Positions 38,391-46,542 of a stretch of DNA of 64,000 nucleotides are shown one piece after another (within the stretch, counting starts at the first letter, position 1; each line of letters opens with the position of its first letter). The DNA is from an uncultured Acidobacteriota bacterium. Lineage in GTDB: Bacteria; Acidobacteriota; Terriglobia; Acidiferrales; UBA7541. Location of the stretch: assembly GCA_963719875.1 (NCBI GenBank), contig CAVRDJ010000001.1:186-64185 (forward strand), written 5' to 3'. The translations under genes were made by a program, and so were the position numbers. The notes beneath the pieces were generated by a model. That model had not been told where the DNA came from and searched no databases. It saw only the letters and a program-made list of their open reading frames with translations.

Positions 38391-39245
38391 TTGCGGGTGC
38401 GCAGGCGGGTGAAAATCTACGCCTGAATTCTCATCTGGACTATTCATCGGACAGCGAAGATGGACCGCTGATCACTGGTGACCACATGAACGAAGGCGCT
38501 GTACCTGGTAAGCCGAACTACGTCATTATCTATGGAGAGGGTTGTTTCAATTCGAAGCGGCAGGCACGGCGCACCGTGAGCCTCTACGAGAAGTACAAGG
38601 ACCGCGTGAATTTCGTTGTCGTGGACCTCGATCAGAAACGTTCACCCACGCAACAGCAGCTCGTGAAGCAATATTACCAGGGCTATATACCGCACGTCGT
38701 GGTTCTCGACAAGTCTGGCAAGGCTGTTTACAACTCATCAGGAGAAGTGGACGAATCATCGCTATCAACATTGCTGGACCGTGCATTGGAGTAGCGAGAG
38801 TGGTGGCCTGATTTGGGCCAACTACCTCCCGTAGTTCGGTAGTGCCCCTGCTCACGAGGCAGGTGCGTCCCCCCTCCTATCCCTGCAAAGTGTAACTTTG
38901 GCGACTGTCTCAGATTGGAGTTCACTACACCGGAATCTCTGGCAGTACACCTGCTTTGCAAGCACGTTCAGCCTGCTCGAGAAGCAGCGGCACTCACTGT
39001 CTCTTAAAACCTAGTTCCCCATCCTATTATTCTAAGACAGTTTTTGAGCGCACTTTTCCTATTGGCCATTCAGATAATCGTCCTCGCGTCTTTGGGTCTT
39101 GGCCGTCGTGAGCCCTTGGTCGCAATGTCCATATCGCTCCATCAGTATTACGATTTCAATTCCCCTGCTAGAATGGCCTGAATGATCGCTTGTCCGGTCA
39201 TTCCGCTCACATCTTCACTTATTCCCAACCGATTCGAGAGTGCAG

Positions 39246-40145
39246 TTATTTGCCCGATGTGGCCGCGTGGCGCATGACGTCGAGAACTTCGGAGGTCTGC
39301 CACTCGTTTCCGGGCCACATGTTCGCCACGGTTCCATCCGCGGCCAGCAAGATCGTATTCAAGCTATGTGTGATCTGGTCATTCTGCTCGGAATAGGAGA
39401 GACCAAAACTGCCGGTTAGTTTTTGCAGGTCCGCGGGAGTTGTGGAAACAAAATCCCAGTGCTCGAAACCTTTGGGGTCATGCTCCAGGTACGACAGTCC
39501 ATACTCCCTTAGGACCGGCGGTTTGTCGTATTTCGGATCCAAACTAACGCTGATCAAATGAGTTTTTTCGTAATCCTCGGGATTTTTTGCTAGCTCTTTA
39601 TGGATGGTGGCAAATTCTCTGCTCAGTAGAGGACAATAGTCGGGAAAGGGACACCTTGTGTATATGAGCATGAGAAGAACAATCTTGCCTTTGAATTGGG
39701 CGAAATGCAGAGTCTTGCCATCCTGATTGACCAGTGGCACGTCAGGAACCTTGTCGCCAACCATGAGTACCTGTGGGGTTGGGCCTTCGGCAGGGGCACG
39801 AACGGCTGCTTTGCCGATTACGGTCAAGTGTTCCAACCAAAACTTGCCCGGCTGGTCCACAATTACATCCGCACGGATGACATCCGCTGGCTGAACCAGT
39901 TGAAACCCATCCGGATCCTTCACCGCGTAGGGCATGGTCATCGCTGCCATAAATCCAGGGATGTCGTCATTGTCGATTATGAGTTGCTGGGTGGCGGGTT
40001 GTTTACCGATGACCCGTCCCGTCAAAGTATAGGTTGTCGGCGAATCCTTGCAGCCTAAAAGGAGCAAGGAGAGGCACGTCATGAAGATCAATCTGGGAAA
40101 GCGGAATTTAGATAATTTGTTCATCATTCGGTTGTCGAAGTTCAT
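39246..40145 (-). CDS. lipoprotein: CusF-like copper-binding domain fused to an SCO1/SenC thioredoxin-fold domain
   Basis: Lipobox LLLLGC. The N-terminal domain has the GFMAAMTMPY motif (CusF-like MxMTM). The C-terminal domain has LIYTRCPFPDYCP and the conserved His (QITHSLNT) of Sco proteins. Confidence 0.8.
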   Translation of the reverse strand: MNFDNRMMNKLSKFRFPRLIFMTCLSLLLLGCKDSPTTYTLTGRVIGKQPATQQLIIDNDDIPGFMAAMTMPYAVKDPDGFQLVQPADVIRADVIVDQPGKFWLEHLTVIGKAAVRAPAEGPTPQVLMVGDKVPDVPLVNQDGKTLHFAQFKGKIVLLMLIYTRCPFPDYCPLLSREFATIHKELAKNPEDYEKTHLISVSLDPKYDKPPVLREYGLSYLEHDPKGFEHWDFVSTTPADLQKLTGSFGLSYSEQNDQITHSLNTILLAADGTVANMWPGNEWQTSEVLDVMRHAATSGK

Positions 40146-40225
40146 TTCAGTAATCTTCCTAAGAAGGTGATCTTCGGAAACTCTCGCCCACTTGTAACGC
40201 CAAAGTTCCCGAATTCAGTCCAGCC

Positions 40226-42562
40226 TCAGTAATGGAAGCGGTAACGGAGCTCCGCGAATATCTCGCGTGGGTTATTGAAATGGAATCCGCCAAAGGTCAA
40301 ACTGTCATCCAACATCACACTGCGATTCCCCACGTTTAGCCCGGTGACAGAGAGGGAGAAATTTTCACCGAAGTCCTTGCCGAGCGAAAGATCGACCGTT
40401 GTATGCGCGGGCAAGTAGTCCAAAGCAGAGCAACAGGGAGCGAGTCCCAATACCGCCGGACCGTTGCCATTGCTGAAGCCCGATCCGTAGTAGACATTGA
40501 CGGAGGCAAATGTTCTCAAGGGAAGCGTGGTTTGAGCTCCCACGTTGAGAGTATTCCTCTGGTCATGATCCAATTGGCCGTAATCCGGGGACGGGGTGTT
40601 GTCTGTGGGGATCAACCCGCCTGTGATGTTTCCCCGCGATTCGCCGATCTGATTTGAATAGGCAAGGTGTAGTTGCGCCCTACGCCACAGCCGAGGGGAG
40701 CGCAGGGTCGCCTCCCAACCGCGGATCAACGCCTCGGTGAGCGTTACGGGAATAAAGATATTTGATTCGCCTAAATTATTGTGGTCGAAAAAATTGTGCG
40801 ACAGAGTATGAAAGGAATCAAAGTCCAGGTTCCAGCCTTTGTATGGAATCGTCACTCCGTATTGGTACTCTTCATCTCGTTCGCCATTTAGGGGACCGAA
40901 GCTGTAACCCTGACCGTTGGCCGCGTTCACAAGCGCAGGCCCCGAGAAGGTAAGCAACGGAGGGGCCTGGTAAAAGTCCCCGTAGAACCCATGGAAAACG
41001 ATGTTTGTCTTAGGAATCCGTACTGAAATTCCGGCGCGCGGACTCGTGGCATTTTCAGAGATTGTGCCGCTGAAGTGAGATTGCCGCACGCCGCCGCTCA
41101 GGGTAAGCCATGAGGTTGCCTTGATTTTATCTTCAAACCAGAACTCCTCCAGTCCTCCGTTGACGATCTCACGGTCCGAGAAATTTGTGGCGCTTGCGTC
41201 ATTGAACAGGACGCCGAACAGTTGATTGTCATGCTGGTAGAAACCATAGAACCCGGCGCTTATTGAGTTTCTGGCGATCGTCCCGCCAAGCGTGAACTGC
41301 CCTCCCGCATAAGTGGAGGCCCGGTCGTCGGTCGTCGCGGTTGGCAGGTCGTTTGGGTTGCTGCTGTAATTTGCGCTGTTGTAATGAAAGAACGGAGAAA
41401 CCGTCAGAAGGAAGTCGCGGCTGAGTGTTCGCACCCAGGAGAAGTTGACGAACGTGTCGGCTTCCTGCTCGCCATCCATTTGAAAAAAGGTTCCCGGAGG
41501 GTACGGAGTTAGATAGATGACGCCCGGCTGACCGTATATTTCATTGATTTGGCCGTCAGAATTAGGGATTTGGTAATAGTCTCTGCGTGAAGAGATCACG
41601 AACCGAATTTGGTCTTTCGGGTCCATGTTGAATACCAGCGTTCCGAATCCGCCGAAGCCGTTTTCCGCGTCATGAATCACTTGCGGCGTCGGAGGCTGGA
41701 GACCGAGGTTGCTTCGGTTTCCATTCAGGCTGCCGTAGTAGGCGAATCGCTGCGTGTGCCCGCCGCAACTGATTTGGTCGTTCGTTTGATAGAAATTTCC
41801 AAAACTCGTAACGAGATCACACTCTTTGTCTCGCTCAAAACCTGTCCGGGGAACAACGTTGAAAACGCCATAAGTTCGATCGCCGTAATCCGCGTCATAA
41901 CTACCCCGCTGGACTTCCAAATAATCGACGTCCTTGGGATCGAATTGTGGTCCCACATTGCTAGCGATATTCGTGTTGGGGACTGGTACTCCGTCAACCA
42001 GCCAACTCACTTGGTGCCCACCGCGTATATGAAGTTGATCGTGGGTAACGTATGAACCGGGAACATAGTCCGTAATTATCGCCAGACTATTCGTCCGGTC
42101 TGCCCCGGGGGTTTCCTGCACATCCTGGCGGTTTAGAAGCGTTGTCGGAGTGACCGAATCCATCGTTGCAATGACCGGTTCTCCGGTAACAACTGTCTTT
42201 TCGCTCACGCTAGCCAACACCAGTTGAAAATGGAGTACAGGGCTCGTTCCAGAACCGACAATGACATTCTGCTGCGCCTGTTGGAAGTTGGTCACAGTAG
42301 CAATGACTGTGTATTCGCCCAATGGCACGGCGCTGAAGTCGAATTCTCCTTCCCCATTCGTTTTTTGGTGTTGTACCCAATCGGAGTGTTGCGCCTTCAG
42401 ATCGACTGCTGCGTCCTGAATGGGTCGGTGCTGGGGATCATGAACGATCCCATGTACGGTCCCGAATATTTCTCCTTCTGCGGGCGCAGAACCAATGGTA
42501 AGTGCACATACGACAAGAACCAAAACCAATGCTGTAACCCCGAAACGCATATTGAAACTCAT
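40226..42562 (-). CDS. TonB-dependent receptor (CarboxypepD_reg N-terminus)
   Basis: 778 aa with a signal peptide and an Ig-like domain (GTVHGIVHDPQHRPIQDAAVDL...GEYTVIATVTNF). Plug (HIRGGHQVSWLVDGVPV) and barrel ending AELRYRFHY. Confidence 0.9.
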   Translation of the reverse strand: MSFNMRFGVTALVLVLVVCALTIGSAPAEGEIFGTVHGIVHDPQHRPIQDAAVDLKAQHSDWVQHQKTNGEGEFDFSAVPLGEYTVIATVTNFQQAQQNVIVGSGTSPVLHFQLVLASVSEKTVVTGEPVIATMDSVTPTTLLNRQDVQETPGADRTNSLAIITDYVPGSYVTHDQLHIRGGHQVSWLVDGVPVPNTNIASNVGPQFDPKDVDYLEVQRGSYDADYGDRTYGVFNVVPRTGFERDKECDLVTSFGNFYQTNDQISCGGHTQRFAYYGSLNGNRSNLGLQPPTPQVIHDAENGFGGFGTLVFNMDPKDQIRFVISSRRDYYQIPNSDGQINEIYGQPGVIYLTPYPPGTFFQMDGEQEADTFVNFSWVRTLSRDFLLTVSPFFHYNSANYSSNPNDLPTATTDDRASTYAGGQFTLGGTIARNSISAGFYGFYQHDNQLFGVLFNDASATNFSDREIVNGGLEEFWFEDKIKATSWLTLSGGVRQSHFSGTISENATSPRAGISVRIPKTNIVFHGFYGDFYQAPPLLTFSGPALVNAANGQGYSFGPLNGERDEEYQYGVTIPYKGWNLDFDSFHTLSHNFFDHNNLGESNIFIPVTLTEALIRGWEATLRSPRLWRRAQLHLAYSNQIGESRGNITGGLIPTDNTPSPDYGQLDHDQRNTLNVGAQTTLPLRTFASVNVYYGSGFSNGNGPAVLGLAPCCSALDYLPAHTTVDLSLGKDFGENFSLSVTGLNVGNRSVMLDDSLTFGGFHFNNPREIFAELRYRFHY

Positions 42563-42655
42563 TTGCTCCCTCGCTTTTGGCTAAGAATCAGAGCCTCGCC
42601 GCATAGAAGAAACATCTACACGGCGAATTTCATCTTTTGAATGGAGATGATTTAG

Positions 42656-43057
42656 TTAGCTCGGAAGCGTGCGAGGGGGCGGTGTGGAGGGGAGACTGGC
42701 TACAAATGGAACGAAACTAGACAACCAGAGCGGGGCGGCCTGCACCGTTGCTTCGTAAGAGATTGTAATGGGCGCTGCCAGAGTGAATAGAGCTGTTCCC
42801 ACAGCCAGTTTAGGTGCGGGGTCGCAAGCTCGCATCGAACAATCGGCCGAACCGGCCTTGCCGTGCGCACCACAATCACTCTTGTCCGTCTGCATATCGC
42901 GGCCTTGGCGATGATGCATGGGACAATAGGCAGCGTTGCAGCAGGCGGGCAAATCAGAAGCGGAAAGCGACTCGGCGAGCGCCGGCGTATTCGCTGCCAA
43001 CAACGCAAGAAGCGCCGCCACTGCCAAGAGCTTTCGCGGAATGTCTCTCAGTTTCAT
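42656..43057 (-). CDS. secreted Cys/His-rich protein, putative metal-binding (DUF2946-reminiscent)
   Basis: I prefer the start MKLRDIPRKLLAVAALLALLAANTPALA (signal peptide). The mature part reads SDLPACCNAAYCPMHHRQG...CGAHGKAGSADCSMRAC. It lies directly upstream of the TBDR. The start is uncertain; the ORF track extends to 43186. Confidence 0.5.
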   Translation of the reverse strand: MKLRDIPRKLLAVAALLALLAANTPALAESLSASDLPACCNAAYCPMHHRQGRDMQTDKSDCGAHGKAGSADCSMRACDPAPKLAVGTALFTLAAPITISYEATVQAAPLWLSSFVPFVASLPSTPPPRTLPS

Positions 43058-43440
43058 GCGGTGACAATCCTCTAGAGCATACACTCTTCTCATGGCAAGA
43101 TTCAACGGCCAGCATGAAATAGTACCCCATGCGGCTCGACAAAACTCTTCCCAGACCCAATTCCACTTAACTTTCAGGTAAGACATTGTTTATTTCTCCT
43201 CTTTTTTTGCCCCGTTTTCTTCGGTTACCCAAAAGCGAACGACTGCTTTATGGGAAGTAATCGGGCTGTTCGGGAGGAAGCGCGCAAGCAGAAGCCGAGA
43301 AGCTGCTCGGCGCAAGAAATTGTCCGTGGCAGTGCCCGAGAAAATAGACGGCGGAAAAGGTGGACGTACCGGCAATCAGCGATTCCAATGGTCGATTACA
43401 GGAGCGAAAGCCCTCGGAAGAGCATCGGCATGTTTTTCGC

Positions 43441-45417
43441 CTAACCTGTGGTTGCGGGTGGATGGGAGAGAAGTCCACGAACTAGCTTGTGGGCCGATGA
43501 CACGCGCGGAAGCAGCCGAGCGGAATTTAAAATGAAAGTCATTTCGGAAGAGACGTGAATAAAAGCTGCCAAAAGCGGATTGAGGAATCCAAAAGCCGCC
43601 AAGCCGACACCGATACTGTCTACGACCAACGTTCCGACGAAGTTCTGCATGATCGTGCGATGGCAGCGCCGTGCAATGCGCACGGTTTCGACGAACTTGG
43701 CGAGGTCTGACCCGATCAAAACGATATCGGAACTCTCGCGCGCAACGTCGGTCCCCGAGCCCATCGCCACGCCGACAGTGGCTTGAGCAATCGCTGGTGC
43801 GTCGTTGACCCCATCACCCACCATGACAACCTTCTTGCCCTGAGCCATCAGCTCTTGTACGCGTTGAAGCTTTTGTTCGGGCAGCAATTCGGCAGAGATT
43901 TCGTCCACTCCCAGCCCCTTACCGACAGCCTGAGCAACTACTTTTGAATCGCCGGTCAATAGGATGGTTTTGAGACCCATTGATTTGAGACTCTGAATCG
44001 CAGCCTTTGCTTCGGGGCGGAGCAGGTCAGCCACGTGGATTGATCCGAGTAAATGTCCGGCTCGCGTCACAAGCACAGCCCCATCGGAAGTTCCCTGCAG
44101 AGCATCTGCGCCTTGGATTCTTTCGTCTCGGAAGTGCATCCAATTACCAACAGTTATTTCTTCGCCTTCGATCTCGGCGACAATCCCTCTCCCTGGCGTG
44201 TATTCGAACTTGTCGGGATGACGAATACGAATCCCCATCTGAGAGGCCTTATCCATAATCGCCTTCGCAACAGGATGCTCGGATTGGCATTCCGCAATCG
44301 CTGCGGACTCGAGTAAATACGCCTCACTTACGCCGCTGGCCGGTCGAATCTCCATAACCTCGGGTGTTCCGTAGGTCAGCGTACCCGTCTTGTCGAGAAG
44401 GATCGTATCGACCTCGGCAAGCTTTTCGAGGTACAGTCCGCCCTTAATGATTGCGCCGTCTTGCGCGGCCCTGCCAATTGCACCGAGGATCGCGAGCGGG
44501 GTCCCTGCCGCAATCCCGCATGCTCCCGCTACGATTACAACCGAGATGGTCGAACGCATGTTGTGCGTGATCAAGAATGTGACAGCGGCGGCGGCCAACG
44601 CGAAGTACACCAGATAGCCCGAAAGCCGATCCGCAATTCCTTGAATCGGGGCACGTGATTTCTCCGCCCGTTCGACTGCCTCGATGATTTTGCCAAACGT
44701 TGTATCGCGACCGAGGCGTTCCACGCGAATCTCAAGCGCTCCCGACTGATTGATCGTGCCAGCGTAAACCACGGAATCCGCGCTCTTCTCAACTGGCATG
44801 GATTCACCCGTGATCGGCGCTTGGTCAACAAAGGAATGCCCGCCGATAACCTTGCCGTCAACCGCGATCCGCGCCCCTGGACGAGCAAGAACATCATCGC
44901 CAGTGGCGATTTCAAGGATGGGAACGTCCTTCCATTCCCCTTGTCGGCGTACTGTTGCACTGCTCGGAAGCAGATCAACCAGGCGTTGAATCGCTTTCCT
45001 GCCTCGACCGACGGTCAGCCTCTCCAGAATCTCCGCTGCTAAGACGAAAAGCGTGATGATGAGAGCGGTAAAGATTTCACGAATGGCAAGAGCCGCTACA
45101 ATGGCAATGGCCATCGAGAGTTCCATCGTCATGCGGCGCTGAATGATGTTCTCGTATGCTTCGTGAAAGATCGGAAAGCCGCCAACAAGAGTGCATGCGA
45201 CACCGAGGGCAGTGATATAGGGATTCAAAGCGCCGTGAAGAAACCAGATGGCTCCCGCTGCCGCAGCGACGAACAATACGCGGTTGATCTCCCGCCAATT
45301 CAGGGCATGCCCATGGTCGTGATGTTCGTCGTCGTCCGCGTGATCGGAGGGCACATTGTTACTGTTCATTCCCAGAATCTTTTCTGAATCCGAGTCTTCC
45401 TGATTAGGACTATTCAT
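43441..45417 (-). CDS. P1B-type heavy-metal-translocating ATPase, atypical
   Basis: DKTGTLT, GDGVNDAPA and the TGES-like ITGESMPV are present. The N-terminus has a His/Asp-rich stretch (HADDDEHHDHGH) and no CxxC HMA domain. The CPx position reads VAGACGIAAGTP. I prefer the ATG at 45417 with a GAGGTGAGG RBS; the ORF-track TTG is at 45453. Confidence 0.9.
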   Translation of the reverse strand: MNSPNQEDSDSEKILGMNSNNVPSDHADDDEHHDHGHALNWREINRVLFVAAAAGAIWFLHGALNPYITALGVACTLVGGFPIFHEAYENIIQRRMTMELSMAIAIVAALAIREIFTALIITLFVLAAEILERLTVGRGRKAIQRLVDLLPSSATVRRQGEWKDVPILEIATGDDVLARPGARIAVDGKVIGGHSFVDQAPITGESMPVEKSADSVVYAGTINQSGALEIRVERLGRDTTFGKIIEAVERAEKSRAPIQGIADRLSGYLVYFALAAAAVTFLITHNMRSTISVVIVAGACGIAAGTPLAILGAIGRAAQDGAIIKGGLYLEKLAEVDTILLDKTGTLTYGTPEVMEIRPASGVSEAYLLESAAIAECQSEHPVAKAIMDKASQMGIRIRHPDKFEYTPGRGIVAEIEGEEITVGNWMHFRDERIQGADALQGTSDGAVLVTRAGHLLGSIHVADLLRPEAKAAIQSLKSMGLKTILLTGDSKVVAQAVGKGLGVDEISAELLPEQKLQRVQELMAQGKKVVMVGDGVNDAPAIAQATVGVAMGSGTDVARESSDIVLIGSDLAKFVETVRIARRCHRTIMQNFVGTLVVDSIGVGLAAFGFLNPLLAAFIHVSSEMTFILNSARLLPRVSSAHKLVRGLLSHPPATTG

Positions 45418-45493
45418 GTGCCTCACCTCTTGCGGAGTTCCGGAATTGTGCAACGTTATTCCGAATCTGAATCAAATGTGCATGAAGGAGACA

Positions 45494-45985
45494 TCACATC
45501 GAACGAACTTTCGGAAAAACTGCGTGTTCTCCGACAGCTAGATGGGATTTGAAATTATTTGGTTTTGGGGATAACCACGTGTGCTCGTGCCATCTCCACC
45601 CTAAGCTTGCGAGCAAGTACTTCACATGATCGAAAGAATAGCGCACTCGGAAGCGGTGCCAGATCAAGAGGGCGACGCGTTCTGAGGTCCACACGGGTGT
45701 CTCAAAGCCATGGGATAGCGGCCCTCGCGCCAATAGGCCGGGGAGCTGAGCTAGTTTTTCACGACCAAGTTTAGGATGGGGCCCGGACTTCGGGATTCGA
45801 CGCAACCCTTCGTTTCCGTGCAAGCGATAGTTTCGGGCCCATCGTTGAACCGACTGGATGCACACGCCCAGGGAACGGGCGATTTTTGAGGTGGATTCGC
45901 CGCGCTCCAACCGGGCCATAGCCGCTATTCGGCGGGCCTCTAACTTTTCTGCATCGCGCCGCTTATATCCTAGTGGGCGTGGCAT
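45494..45985 (-). pseudogene. IS630-family transposase fragment (HTH/winged-helix part only, no DDE domain)
   Basis: MPRPLGYKRRDAEKLEARRIAAMARLERGESTSKIARSLGVCIQSVQRWARNY...FETPVWTSERVALLIWHRFRVRYSFDHVKYLL resembles the N-terminal 130 aa of IS630/Tc1-like transposases. It ends 40 nt before the ATPase start. Confidence 0.6.
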
Positions 45986-46044
45986 GGTCCAGCGCTCCTG
46001 GCGGGGAAGCCATCTCTTCGCGTGCAAACCTCATTTGCGAACAG

Positions 46045-46404
46045 CTAATGATTTTCTTGTTCCATATTCAATTTCAGATCGATCATCACTTCCGGAGATT
46101 TTTGAGAACCCGAGATAATCACTTTCTCTGACACCAGATCGTCTTGCTCTGCATAAACTTCGTAGTCCAATCGGGCGTCAAGACCCACGAGGCTAAAATG
46201 ACCGTCGCGGTCCACTGGCTTGATTCTTAGAAAATGTGCATGCGTATCTTTCACGTAGACCCGTCCCCAGTGAATTGGGCGTCCGTTCCCGTCAAGCACT
46301 CTTCCTACGACCTTGAACCACGATATGTGCGCCTTCTGAGGCCGCGCCAAACTAACAGAAGCACTCAAGGCCACCAGCATCGCCATAACCAGTGCGTTTC
46401 TCAC
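46045..46404 (-). CDS. small secreted carboxypeptidase-regulatory-like domain protein
   Basis: Signal peptide MRNALVMAMLVALSASVSLA, then FKVVGRVLDGNGRPIHWGRVYVKD...DGHFSLVGLDARLDYEVYA, the CarboxypepD_reg pattern. Confidence 0.6.
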   Translation of the reverse strand: MRNALVMAMLVALSASVSLARPQKAHISWFKVVGRVLDGNGRPIHWGRVYVKDTHAHFLRIKPVDRDGHFSLVGLDARLDYEVYAEQDDLVSEKVIISGSQKSPEVMIDLKLNMEQENH

Positions 46405-46542
46405 GTCCAGTACCTTCTCTGCGGGTCCTTGCTCATACAGATCACTCAGCGTGTGACAGGGAGCCTTCCAGTTACCATGGAAGGGAATTTGCCGTGGTGC
46501 GGGCCGTCTCTTTTGAAACCGCCCGCATCACGGCCAGACCAC

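Larger units (their letters stand above)
37221..38794 (+). pseudogene. small secreted thioredoxin-fold protein (C-F-N-S motif) interrupted by IS630
   Basis: 37221-37268 encodes MKTKIGMLAAIGILTL. 38390-38794 continues in frame with VAGAQAGENL...NYVIIYGEGCFNSKRQARR...GYIPHVVVLDKSGKAVY...-stop. Removing the IS plus one TA restores one ORF of about 150 codons. Confidence 0.7.

Noticed and set aside
38960-39245. Minus-strand translation LSNRLGISEDVSGMTGQAIIQAILAGELKS-stop, vaguely transposase-like
   Set aside because: It is only about 30 codons long, then stops and changes frame. I cannot assign a family from memory, which is too weak to report as a mobile-element remnant.
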